The translations under genes were made by a program, and so were the position numbers. DNA of 64,000 bases from Candidatus Hydrogenedentota bacterium (lineage in GTDB: Bacteria > Hydrogenedentota > Hydrogenedentia > Hydrogenedentales > SLHB01). Below the pieces are notes generated by a model. That model saw only the letters and a program-made list of their open reading frames with translations, was not told where the DNA came from and ran no database searches. Location: assembly GCA_963668025.2 (NCBI GenBank), contig CAXXTH010000010.1, forward strand, positions 1,152,001 through 1,216,000, read 5' to 3'. Below are positions 47,952 to 57,786 of this stretch, in pieces (the first letter of the stretch is position 1; the number at the start of each line of letters is the position of its first letter).

Positions 47952-50900
47952 TCAAAACACGACTTTAAATGTCCGCAATTCGTATGGTTTGACGTAAAAC
48001 AAAAGCGTAGCCCCGTTCAAATCCACGGGCCTATCGTTCTCTTCCATGAGGTCGCACTCGGTGATTTTCTTAGGCTCCCGTGCGAAAGTCACGCAGACCT
48101 CACCGCGCTGTCCATGGGCCTCATACAGCCGTACAATAACGCCCTTCGAGTCTTCACACCGTTTCACGGTATCCAATACCACATGGTCCGACAGCACATC
48201 GGCGAAACTGTCCGAACTGGGAAGCTTGCCTTCGACGCCCGGTGCGGCCATGGCGATGAGCGGAGCATTGAGTTCGAGCGCTTCCGCAACCGTGCCGTTG
48301 CGCCATCCCCACGGATGCGGGAAAAGCGAATAGGTGAAGTGGTGCATGCCTTCGTCGGCATGCGGATCGGGATCCACCGGCGAACGCAGCAGCGAGAGCC
48401 GCATGACGTTGTCTTTCACATCGTAGCCGTATTTGCAGTCGTTGAGCAGGCTCACGCCGTAATCGCCCTCGGACAGATCGGCCCAACGCTGGGCGGGCAC
48501 TTCGAATTGGGCGAAATCCGAATCCCGGTTGCGGTGGGTGGGACGCTCGACGGTTCCGAACTGCACTTCATAGGTCGCGCGGGTGGAACGCAGATCGAGC
48601 GGGAAAGCCGCTTTAAGCAGTGTGCGTTTTTCGCGCCAATCGACAGTCGTGACGAAGTCCATGCGCTCGGAGGAGGCGCACAGGGTGATATCCTGCGTGA
48701 TGGCGCTTTTGCCGGTTTGGAAGGCCATGCGCACGATGCCGCGCACGGGGCCGGATTCGATAACCTCGATACTCTTGGCGGGCCCGGCGGTCCACATGTG
48801 TTCGGCGATGTTGAAATCGACATCCCAAGCATCCCAGTCACAAGGCCGGTCTTCGAAAAGCTGGAGCACGTTTCCTTTTTCGCCTTTGGGGAGCAATTCC
48901 CGTTCGGCGGCTTTATCGTATACGCTCGTGAGCTGGCCGCCCTTGTCGAACCGGATGCGCAGAAACTCGTTCTCCATGCCCTTCTCACTCACTTTGAGCA
49001 TGGCGGGCATGCGCTGTTTCGAGCCGCCGGGAACGACATGGTAGACGGCGTAGCCCAAGGGCGGGATCTCTTCGGTTTCTAGGAGCAGCGTGCGTTCATC
49101 CACGCGCTGCCAGGCCACCGGATCGCCCAAGGCGTCCACGACCATGAACTCGCCCTCTGGAAGGTCCATCTCGACCAGCGCCCGGTCTTGCCGGGGCCAC
49201 GAGAGGGTGTTGAACACCAGGATGGCCGCGCCTTCGCCGGAACTGTCGATGCAGCTTGCCAGATGCTCCAGAGCCCGCGTGCGGAGCGCCGCACTTTTTT
49301 CCAGCACTTCCGCGTGTTCTTTTTCCGTGCGCCGATAGACCTCCGTTATGGACGTGCCGGGCAGGATATCGTGGAATTGATTGGTCAGAAGGATTTTCCA
49401 AAGCTGGTATAATTCATCTTGTGGATACGCCAGCCCATGCAGCATGGCCATCGTGCTGAGCAATTCCGTGTCACGCAGCATGAGCTCGCATTTGCGGTTG
49501 CCGCGCTTGGTGCGGGACTGGGTGGTTTGGCAGCCGCGATGCAGCTCGAAATAGAGTTCGCCGTTCCAGACGGGCAATTGCTCCGGCGGGCACTCCTTCA
49601 CCATGTCGTCGATGCAGCCCGCCACGGTGCCGAATTCACATTTGGGTACGCCCACGATGTTCGAGAGGCGTTTGCCGGCCTCGATGAATTCCGGCGTTGG
49701 GCCGCCGCCGCCATCGCCCCAGCCATAGGGGAAGATAAATGTGTCCGCCTTCTCTTTCTGGGTGTGCTGGTTCCACTGCTCGATAAGGCTGCGCGGCACG
49801 ATCATACCGTTATAGTCCCATGGCCGCACAGCGACCACGCGGGAGCCGTCCGTGCCTTCCCACTGGAAGAAGGTGTAGGGGAACTTGGTAAAATAGTTCC
49901 AATGGAGCTTGGAGGTGACGAAATAATCGACCTGGGCTTTTTTAAGGATCTGCGGAAGACCGTAGCAGTAGCCGAACGTGTCGGGAAGCCACGCCACGCG
50001 CGAATGGATGCCGAACTCTTTGCGGAAGAAGCGGTTGCCATACACCGCCTGGCGCACGAGAGATTCGCCCGAGGGGACGTTTAAGTCGGGTTCGACCCAG
50101 AAACAGCCATTCGGCTCCCAGCGGCCTTCTTTTACGCGCTGCTTGATCTGGGCGTACATATCGGGGAATTGTGTTTTCACCCAGTCATATTGCACCGCCT
50201 GGCTGCACGAGAAGTGGTATTCCGGGTAGCGTTCCATGTTGCGGAGCACGGTGCCGAAGGTGCGGGTGATTTTACGCTGGGTCTCGCGGATGGGCCACAG
50301 CCACGCCGAATCGATGTGGGAGTGCCCGATGAGCACCAGGCGGCCCATGCCGTAGCTATGTTCGAAGTCACGCAGGCCTTGGCGCAACGCCCGCTGGGCC
50401 TTGCGGAGCGAATCGTAATAGGCCGGTTCGCCTATGCTGCCCAAGTTCACCATCTTGATGCAGCGGTCGAGGAGATTGAAGAGCCGCTGGCGCGGGGTGT
50501 AATTTGCCGGCAATTCCCTGTATACATCACCCGCCACGTGCGCGTCCCAGTAGAAATCCCATGGTTCGCTGTGCATTACGGCGATGTCGGCATATTCAAA
50601 TTCGCGGTGTAAATCGAATTGCGTGCTCGGGACGGATTCGAGGATGATCTCGAATGTTTCATTGCCCTTGGCTTTTTCCGTTAACAAGACAAAGTCGCGG
50701 TTGTCATCGAGCCCCTGCCAGCGCTTGCCGTTCAGAAACACGCACGATTCGCCCCGGGGGCGAATGAGCGCCACGACCCGGCAGCCTTTCATTTCGCTGG
50801 GGATGGCCACCCGCATGCGAAACCATGTGGTCTGGTCGAAACCGCCCCAGCGCGAGGGAACCGCAAATGGCTTCCACCCTTGCGCCGGAGGCTCTTCCGG

Positions 50901-51038
50901 CCCGCGATCCCGTCCAGTCACGCAAGCCTCAATGCCGTCGATGGGCTGGCGCTGTGTGTATACGCTCGCCTGGATTTCCATAAGACGATTAAGGAGTTGT
51001 TTGGCGATGACACTTCGTTCTGCTTCAAAATTAGGCAT
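47952..51038 (-). CDS. GH38 alpha-mannosidase (cytoplasmic type)
   Basis: GHSHID.AWLWP, WLPDTFGY, GDGGGGP, GELY.E.HRG, QFHDILPG, N..KYG, LSLLR.P. Start at ATG 51038. Confidence 0.95.
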   Translation of the reverse strand: MPNFEAERSVIAKQLLNRLMEIQASVYTQRQPIDGIEACVTGRDRGPEEPPAQGWKPFAVPSRWGGFDQTTWFRMRVAIPSEMKGCRVVALIRPRGESCVFLNGKRWQGLDDNRDFVLLTEKAKGNETFEIILESVPSTQFDLHREFEYADIAVMHSEPWDFYWDAHVAGDVYRELPANYTPRQRLFNLLDRCIKMVNLGSIGEPAYYDSLRKAQRALRQGLRDFEHSYGMGRLVLIGHSHIDSAWLWPIRETQRKITRTFGTVLRNMERYPEYHFSCSQAVQYDWVKTQFPDMYAQIKQRVKEGRWEPNGCFWVEPDLNVPSGESLVRQAVYGNRFFRKEFGIHSRVAWLPDTFGYCYGLPQILKKAQVDYFVTSKLHWNYFTKFPYTFFQWEGTDGSRVVAVRPWDYNGMIVPRSLIEQWNQHTQKEKADTFIFPYGWGDGGGGPTPEFIEAGKRLSNIVGVPKCEFGTVAGCIDDMVKECPPEQLPVWNGELYFELHRGCQTTQSRTKRGNRKCELMLRDTELLSTMAMLHGLAYPQDELYQLWKILLTNQFHDILPGTSITEVYRRTEKEHAEVLEKSAALRTRALEHLASCIDSSGEGAAILVFNTLSWPRQDRALVEMDLPEGEFMVVDALGDPVAWQRVDERTLLLETEEIPPLGYAVYHVVPGGSKQRMPAMLKVSEKGMENEFLRIRFDKGGQLTSVYDKAAERELLPKGEKGNVLQLFEDRPCDWDAWDVDFNIAEHMWTAGPAKSIEVIESGPVRGIVRMAFQTGKSAITQDITLCASSERMDFVTTVDWREKRTLLKAAFPLDLRSTRATYEVQFGTVERPTHRNRDSDFAQFEVPAQRWADLSEGDYGVSLLNDCKYGYDVKDNVMRLSLLRSPVDPDPHADEGMHHFTYSLFPHPWGWRNGTVAEALELNAPLIAMAAPGVEGKLPSSDSFADVLSDHVVLDTVKRCEDSKGVIVRLYEAHGQRGEVCVTFAREPKKITECDLMEENDRPVDLNGATLLFYVKPYELRTFKVVF

Positions 51039-51214
51039 GGCTAATCTTTCTGGTTTTCCTGGCGGCCAGACCAGAGGGGTTATAGGGAATACCGCGCTAC
51101 TCATCACTCCAGCGCCACGACTGCAAATTATACCTGTTTCCACGATTCTGTCCAAATGAATATTCAGCCATGAATGATATATTGTGTGTTAAGCATCGGG
51201 CAGAGGACGGAACC

Positions 51215-51245
51215 GGCCGATCTGACTGATCCGACTGATATGGCC
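51215..51245. repeat. Degenerate 9-bp tandem repeat
   Basis: GGCCGATCT GACTGATCC GACTGATAT GGCC; same period and style as the 16903 repeat. Confidence 0.5.
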
Positions 51246-51273
51246 ATATACTTGCCACAGAGAGGAGCAAACC

Positions 51274-52365
51274 ATGCCGCATTTTAGCGACAAACAATGG
51301 TACGCAATTAAAGACGCCTACCGGAAGTGGTGGAAGAATGAACTGGGCCGGCCGATATTGCCCCTGTTCTTCATGGGCAAAGATCCTCAACGGATTAAGC
51401 CCGCGCACGAGTCCATCTGTTTCGCCAATGCGGGAGATTTCAGCATCACGCCCGAGCAGATCATCGACCGGTTCGATTACGACTTGTCGTGCATCGAGTA
51501 TGCGGGCGACGCTTTCCCCCAGGTGCATATGGAATGCTACGGCGCGGGAGTCGCCGCCGCCTTTCTCGGCAGTAAAGTGGCCTGTACGCCCGAGACCGTC
51601 TGGTTCAGTGTGGATAAACCTCTCCCCGTTGAAGAACTGCATTTCGCCTTCGACCCCGAGAATATCTGGTTTCGCCGGATCACCGATGTCTACCGGGCAG
51701 GCATGAAAAAGTGGGGGAGCAGTGTCATCATGGGGATGGCCGACCTCGGGGGTATCCTCGATATCCTGGCTACTTTCCGAAGCGCCGAGGGGCTCCTCGA
51801 AGACCTGTATCTGCACCCGGAAGAAGTTTCCCGCTGTGTGCGTGAGCTGGCCGGGATATGGTTTTTCTTCTACGACAGCATCAACGAGATCATCCGGCCC
51901 TACGCCCCGGGATACACCTGCTGGGCGGGCATGTTTGATGAAGAGCCGAATTACATGCTGCAGAGCGATTTCTGCTACATGATCAGCCCCGGCATGTTCG
52001 ACACGTTCGTCGCGCCTGAACTGGCCGATAGCGCCAGCCGCATCTCGAACGCCTTCTATCATCTGGACGGCGTCGGCGAAATCATCCATCTGGACTCGCT
52101 GCTGCGCATCGAGAGCATCAAAGGCGTCCAATGGGTGCCAGGCGACGGTAATGCGTACACCGCCGACTGGACTGAACTATACGGGAAAATCGCCCAAGCA
52201 GGCAAAAAAGTGATGGCCCTCCCCTTCGAGGGCGAACGGTTCTTCGAGCATGTGCTGAAGGCCATTCCATCACCCGATTGCATGATACGCATGAACACGT
52301 GCTATCCCCTGGAACAAAAGGAAGCCGTCTTGAACAAGATGGCGGGGTATGGGTTCACGTTATGA
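51274..52365 (+). CDS. Uroporphyrinogen decarboxylase/MtaA-like TIM-barrel protein
   Basis: D..G.LD.L...R....L..DL...PE, Q.DF..MISP.MF..F..P, YHLDG, QW.PG.G. Confidence 0.75.
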   Translation: MPHFSDKQWYAIKDAYRKWWKNELGRPILPLFFMGKDPQRIKPAHESICFANAGDFSITPEQIIDRFDYDLSCIEYAGDAFPQVHMECYGAGVAAAFLGSKVACTPETVWFSVDKPLPVEELHFAFDPENIWFRRITDVYRAGMKKWGSSVIMGMADLGGILDILATFRSAEGLLEDLYLHPEEVSRCVRELAGIWFFFYDSINEIIRPYAPGYTCWAGMFDEEPNYMLQSDFCYMISPGMFDTFVAPELADSASRISNAFYHLDGVGEIIHLDSLLRIESIKGVQWVPGDGNAYTADWTELYGKIAQAGKKVMALPFEGERFFEHVLKAIPSPDCMIRMNTCYPLEQKEAVLNKMAGYGFTL

Positions 52366-52685
52366 GGTAAGTCAATGCATGCAAACAACAGAAAACAAAA
52401 AGCGCGGCAGCATTCTACGCCTTTGGTCCTCGCCTTTGAGGCGGGATACGGACTAGTAAATACCACTATTTCACAAATGCCGCTGGAGATAATCATATTG
52501 TTGACCGTGCTGTTTAGCAACTTGACGCAGACCATATGAGAGCATTAATTTGATGTATGCAGTTTTGCAGCAGATTTCGAGCTGTTGCATAATGATTCTG
52601 TTTCTGAGTGATGATTGGGCTTGACGGGCGGTCCTTTTGAAATAATAAAAATACGATAATTTTGACATAGTTTACCTGATCATAA

Positions 52686-52701
52686 CGTGATCGTTCACGT
52701 A
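52686..52701. promoter_or_regulatory. Palindromic operator CGTGATCGTTCACGTA (copy 2)
   Basis: Identical to 36513-36528; 25 bp upstream of the GH78 start and downstream of TTGACA (52662). Confidence 0.7.
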
Positions 52702-52726
52702 GCTGAAAACCTAGGGGGAGCATCAA

Positions 52727-54994
52727 GTGTTGTGGTTGTATCATTCCGCCGCCGAACCCGATACGCATGCCGCGTTTCGTGGTGTGGTTGAGCTGGAACA
52801 CGATTCGAAAATCGTGCTCCATACGCTTGGAGCCAGCACCTACGTGCTCTGGCTTGATGGGGAATACGTCCAGGAGGGGCCCGCGAGGTTTCCCCAGCAA
52901 TATCCCCAGTATTCAAGCGTGATCCGCCGTGTGTCGAAAGGCCGCCACAACATAGCGGTCCAGGTCCATTATGACGGAGTTGAAACACGGATTCTCCGCG
53001 ACATACCTCCATTCATTGACGTAAAAGTAATATGTGAAGGGCGGGAGCTTCCGGTTCATTGGAAGTGCCTGCGCCTTTCTGGGTACTTGCCACAAGTCCG
53101 CCGCCTAAGCCAATCTTTCGGCTGGATAGAGTGGTGCGACACGCGCTCGAATCCCGATGGCTGGCAGCATCCTGATTTTGACGACAGTGGCTGGCTGCTT
53201 CCTGTGGAAGTGGAACGCGGCCTCGGCAAGCCAGCTCCTTTGGATACGGGTGAGGTGAAACGCGTCGAGCACTCCTTAACGCCCTGTGCGGGCGGGTTGC
53301 TGGCGGAACGATTCGGCTACGAGCGGGATGATATTCCAACGCGATTCTTTTTGCGGGAATTGGACTGTGATTCCTTGCCACCTGATGGCGTCTGGCAGCG
53401 GTATGATCTTGGCCGTGTGCGTTTGGGCCGGCCGCGTTTTGTTCTGAATTTGCCTGCGGGCGCGGTAGTGGAATTTGCCTATTGCGAATGGCTGGCCCAT
53501 GGCCGTGTTTCTCCCTATATGCCCCTTACTGGCGGCCTGAGCTGTTACATCGACCACATGGTGGCGCGCGGCGGACGGCAGGAGTTCTCACCGTTTGATC
53601 CGCGCGGCGGACGGTTTCTCGAAATCCATGTATTGGCGCCTCCCGGCGAAGTGGAATTCGTCGAAGAAGCCTATATGGAGCGCTGTTATTGGGAGCGTAC
53701 GGAAGGCGCTTTCACCTGCGACAACGAGCAACTTAACCGCATATGGGATGCGGGAGCTCGGACGCTGCGCGCCTGTGCGGAGGACGCCATTCTGGATTGT
53801 CCAACGCGGGAGCGCGGCCAATGGACCGGAGACTCGCTCAGTGTTGGACTCTTTATAGGCGCTTATGCGTTTTCGGACCTTCGCCTGTTTCGCCGCGTCT
53901 TGATTCAGAGCGCCCAGTGTGCGCGAGACGACGGTATAGTTGCCGCCGCATGTCCGGGCCATACCTTCTATATGCCGGTTTATAGCCTCATTTGGGTAAA
54001 TGCCGCGCTGCACTATCATGAAATGACAGGTGAGCGTTCGCTGCTCGATAATTTGCACGATGCGGCGGTGAAGAATATGGAGGCGCTGAATCATTCCACA
54101 TCCGCCGAAGGCTTGCTTATCACGGAAGACACCGAATTTCTGTTTGTGGATTGGGGCTATGAACGCAATAGCGGCCCGTGCGACATGGCCACCAACTTGT
54201 TCTACCTGTCGGCGCTTCGCGGCATGGTTGAGTGGGGCGAACGGCTTGGCCGGACGGAATGCGATTCCTATTACGCCGGGCGCGAGGTGAAAACACGCCG
54301 CGCAGTCCGGAGCTGGCTCGATACCCTTCTTCACCGGTCCAATCCGGATTGGGATTCAGTGGGTTTTCACCGAGCAGTACTCGCATTGTCGGTGGGCATT
54401 CTCGACAAAAACGAAATACCTCAGGCCATTTCCCATATCAAGAGCCATATCATGCAGTGTTTTCCGAACAACCCGTCTGCACCCCGGAATGATTATCCGA
54501 ATAAGATCAGCACTCAGTTCATCACGCCCTATTTTTCGCATTGGGCGCTGTCTACCCTAATCGAACACGGCGAAACCGAATTCGTCCTTGGCCAATATCA
54601 GAAATGTTGGGGATATCTGCTCGAAGATGGCCGGACCACGCTTTTAGAAGTTTTCGACCCACGATGGTCGCATTGCCATCATTGGTCTGGGTCTCCGACA
54701 TGGCAGCTATCCCGATATGGTTTGGGCCTTCGCCCACGTTACGACTTGGGTTTGAATACGTACATGTTGGACTTGCATCCTGGATGCCTGCAACACGCAA
54801 AGGGAAGTGTTCCATTGCGAGAAGGAGGCGTTTTGGAGGTTTCTTGGAAACGAACATTGGATGCGATTCTTTATCAGATCACATCGCCTGCACCTATAAC
54901 TCTCCGTGTAAGCTCAGTGGGTAGCCAGGCTATCGACATTCCAGTGCATGGCATGCGCACCTTTACTTTACGGCCCGGCGGGCGGCTCAAATGA
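52727..54994 (+). CDS. GH78-type alpha-L-rhamnosidase
   Basis: LN.IW....T, DCPTRER.QW.GD, DWG, TT..E......S.CH.WS..P. Confidence 0.88.
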   Translation: MLWLYHSAAEPDTHAAFRGVVELEHDSKIVLHTLGASTYVLWLDGEYVQEGPARFPQQYPQYSSVIRRVSKGRHNIAVQVHYDGVETRILRDIPPFIDVKVICEGRELPVHWKCLRLSGYLPQVRRLSQSFGWIEWCDTRSNPDGWQHPDFDDSGWLLPVEVERGLGKPAPLDTGEVKRVEHSLTPCAGGLLAERFGYERDDIPTRFFLRELDCDSLPPDGVWQRYDLGRVRLGRPRFVLNLPAGAVVEFAYCEWLAHGRVSPYMPLTGGLSCYIDHMVARGGRQEFSPFDPRGGRFLEIHVLAPPGEVEFVEEAYMERCYWERTEGAFTCDNEQLNRIWDAGARTLRACAEDAILDCPTRERGQWTGDSLSVGLFIGAYAFSDLRLFRRVLIQSAQCARDDGIVAAACPGHTFYMPVYSLIWVNAALHYHEMTGERSLLDNLHDAAVKNMEALNHSTSAEGLLITEDTEFLFVDWGYERNSGPCDMATNLFYLSALRGMVEWGERLGRTECDSYYAGREVKTRRAVRSWLDTLLHRSNPDWDSVGFHRAVLALSVGILDKNEIPQAISHIKSHIMQCFPNNPSAPRNDYPNKISTQFITPYFSHWALSTLIEHGETEFVLGQYQKCWGYLLEDGRTTLLEVFDPRWSHCHHWSGSPTWQLSRYGLGLRPRYDLGLNTYMLDLHPGCLQHAKGSVPLREGGVLEVSWKRTLDAILYQITSPAPITLRVSSVGSQAIDIPVHGMRTFTLRPGGRLK

Positions 54995-55265
54995 AAGAAT
55001 GTGGTTCGCCAGTCTGAATTCTTGCTTGTGGCTCACAGTGCCCATGCCTGGTTTATGCGGTTGTTGGCTGTATGCTGCCCGTGAGCGACAGAAATAGATG
55101 GAACTCCATTTAGCGGCTCAAACTGGGCCTTCCTATGGCGTGAATCCGTACTTCGACTCAAAGTCATGCCAAATCACATCTCGACAACAAACGCGCCTTT
55201 TCCAGGATTATGCGCGTGTGATACCATGCGTGCATGGTATGGGTGAGATGAAGTGGAAGGAGCAT

Positions 55266-56024
55266 ATGCGCATGAGGCGGTGCTGGTGTATCGTGTTGGC
55301 CGTGGGGATGATGGCCTTGGTTTCGGGGCCTGCCTGGTCTCAGAATGTGGTCAACGACCTTCTTGGGGGGAAGCTGATCAAGCCGAAGGTCGGGCAATGG
55401 GTTTGGTATAACCTTACCGGCAAGGATGGGAAGACGCAGTATGCCGTGCGGCAGGCGGTGGTCGGTGAAGAAAAAGTGGGGCGCGATACGGGGTATTGGG
55501 TTGAGTTTGAAGTAGCGCCGCAGGTGGGATTTAAAACGATTTATAAGGTGTTGCTCACGGGCCCGGCGAGTGATCCGAAGAATATCCACCGCATTATCGT
55601 GCGTGATGGCCCGGATGAACCCAAAGAGGTTCCCGTAGATCCAAAACAGCTTGGTTCGAGCAAGAAAGATGAGGGAACGCGCGAGTCGCTGGGCATGGAG
55701 AATGTGGAAACGGGCGAAGGATTGCTCCGTGCTGAACATCTGAAGGTGGCGCAGGAGGAGCGCGTGCTGGATCTGTGGGTGAATGATGATATTTGCCCCA
55801 CGGGCATTGTACGCCTGAGTACGGCGGATGGCGAGATGATATTACGGAGCCATGGGTTTGGCGGCGAGTACGCCAAGAGTTTGGCGGAGGTGGCCACGGC
55901 TAAACCGGGCGCGGAGGTGGATGTGTCCGTGGGCTCCACCAATTCCACGCCGGAAGGTGCGGAATCATCTGGCGGCGAAGCAGTAAAAGCGCCTGATACC
56001 GAAACGGATACGGATAGTGAATAG
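55266..56024 (+). CDS. Exported hypothetical protein
   Basis: AAGGAG RBS, signal peptide ending AWS; P.VGQW..Y, W.E, LW....P.G.V; acidic tail. Confidence 0.75.
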   Translation: MRMRRCWCIVLAVGMMALVSGPAWSQNVVNDLLGGKLIKPKVGQWVWYNLTGKDGKTQYAVRQAVVGEEKVGRDTGYWVEFEVAPQVGFKTIYKVLLTGPASDPKNIHRIIVRDGPDEPKEVPVDPKQLGSSKKDEGTRESLGMENVETGEGLLRAEHLKVAQEERVLDLWVNDDICPTGIVRLSTADGEMILRSHGFGGEYAKSLAEVATAKPGAEVDVSVGSTNSTPEGAESSGGEAVKAPDTETDTDSE

Positions 56025-56103
56025 AATAACCAAGGACAGGAGATCGTGCGCCATGGCAGATGGATGGCTGGAAGCGTGTAGTCCGGCGAATGAACAGCGG
56101 CCG

Positions 56104-56844
56104 ATGCAAAAACGATGGGTGCGCCTGTTTTGGGTTGCGGCGCTCGCGTTATGTGTCGCGGCGCCCGCATGCAAGACGCCATCGCCCAAACCGCAGGCTC
56201 CCCCGCCGGAACAGCAGGCCGAGTTCAGGCCTGCGGCATATGTGAGCGCTATCGCCTTAAAGGAAGGGCGTTATGCGGATCTGTTTGGGACGGAATCATA
56301 TGCGGTTTGGGTGGGGCCGGAGGTTGCGCAGTTCAAACTCACGAAAGAGGCGGACACCGGCCAGCCAGTAAGCCCGCAGCTCGAGGCCGAAGCCGAACGC
56401 ATTACACAGCAGTATGTTATCATTGAATGCCATATCGAGTCGGAATTCGCGGATGCGAGCGTGGCGTATGATGTCGTGGGATTCCGGGGCATTGAGCCGT
56501 ATCTTCTGATGCCCGACGGCAAGCGGGTCGAGCCGATGCAGAAAATTATCGGCAGCCCGGTGGAGGAAGAACAGAACGGGGCCTTGAAGCGGTTCCGGCG
56601 TACGAATCTCTTGCTGTTTCCGCGCCGGGATCTCTGGTTTGGCGGGCTGACCTTCGACTCAAAATATCCGTCCGTGCGGCTGATTCTGGATGCCCATAAT
56701 TCGCAATTCGCATTCGAGTGGCCGGAGGCCGCGTATGCCAATCCCCAGGCCGTCGTATCCGAGCATGATGTGATGCGCGAGGCGAAAGTGGGCTTCACGC
56801 AACTCTTCCAGCAGGTCCGCCAGGCGGCCCATGTGTTTGACTAG
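56104..56844 (+). CDS. Hypothetical lipoprotein
   Basis: Basic/hydrophobic leader with APAC; long ORF in an apparent operon. Confidence 0.7.
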   Translation: MQKRWVRLFWVAALALCVAAPACKTPSPKPQAPPPEQQAEFRPAAYVSAIALKEGRYADLFGTESYAVWVGPEVAQFKLTKEADTGQPVSPQLEAEAERITQQYVIIECHIESEFADASVAYDVVGFRGIEPYLLMPDGKRVEPMQKIIGSPVEEEQNGALKRFRRTNLLLFPRRDLWFGGLTFDSKYPSVRLILDAHNSQFAFEWPEAAYANPQAVVSEHDVMREAKVGFTQLFQQVRQAAHVFD

Positions 56845-56859
56845 AGGCCGGGGAGAATC

Positions 56860-57588
56860 GTGAAAGGTTTCCTTAAATTTATCATGTCGCTGGCTGGCCT
56901 GGCGCTCATCGCCATCGGTGCGGCGGCGTTGTTTTTCGGGAGCCGGGGCGAAACCTATCTTAAGGCGCAAGGCGAACAGCGCTTGAGCCAGGCGTTTGAT
57001 GCTCCCGCCACGATAAACCGCGTGCGCATCCATTTATACGAGCCGGTGGTGGTGTTCGAGGATGTCCGGCTGGGCAATCCCCAGGGATTTCCGGAAGGCG
57101 AAGCCGTGTGTTTTGGCCGTATCCGCGCGCGGTATGATATGCATTCGCTGGGACTCCAGATGCCCGATCTTGATTATATTCAGGTGGAAGGCGTGTCCAT
57201 ACATGTCCAGTCCGCGCTTGATCGAGGCGCCAATGTGCAGCGGCTGCTCGATAATGCCGAGCGGGGGAAACAAGAGGCGGATGTAAAGGCGGATGTCGTG
57301 GTGGCGCATCAGCTTAGGGGGGAAGAGGCGGAGGTGTTTTCGCTGAACCAGCCCGATACGCCGTTCAAAGCGCAAGCTTTCACCATGTCTGAAGTGGCTT
57401 TCAACGCGAGGGAAATTCCCCAGGCGCTGGCGGCCATGCTTATTCGCACTTATACTGGCCAGCCAGCGCCAGCCTCGAAGCCTGCCGTGGAAGAAGACAA
57501 AACCGCCACGCCCGCGCCTGCTTCGCCTATGAAAAGCCAGCCACAGGAGTTGCAGCCGATATTGGGCGAGGGAGCTCCGCTCGAGTAG
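56860..57588 (+). CDS. AsmA/DUF748-like membrane-anchored hypothetical protein
   Basis: N-terminal TM; V.LGNP.GF motif; N...L..N. Confidence 0.6.
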   Translation: MKGFLKFIMSLAGLALIAIGAAALFFGSRGETYLKAQGEQRLSQAFDAPATINRVRIHLYEPVVVFEDVRLGNPQGFPEGEAVCFGRIRARYDMHSLGLQMPDLDYIQVEGVSIHVQSALDRGANVQRLLDNAERGKQEADVKADVVVAHQLRGEEAEVFSLNQPDTPFKAQAFTMSEVAFNAREIPQALAAMLIRTYTGQPAPASKPAVEEDKTATPAPASPMKSQPQELQPILGEGAPLE

Positions 57589-57786
57589 CGCCCACCTCCA
57601 ATGCTTTTGTGGTGTATTTTTTGGCTGATTCTGCTTGAGGCGGATTTGCCCAGCATAGTATACTTCCCGTTCCGATGGTGGGAGAGGTGTGTGAGTATTC
57701 GGTGGCGAAGGCCTCTCCGGCCCGTGAGAATCAGAGTATCTATATATCCAGGTACTTCCGAAAACCAACAAGTGGAGGGTTGAGCA

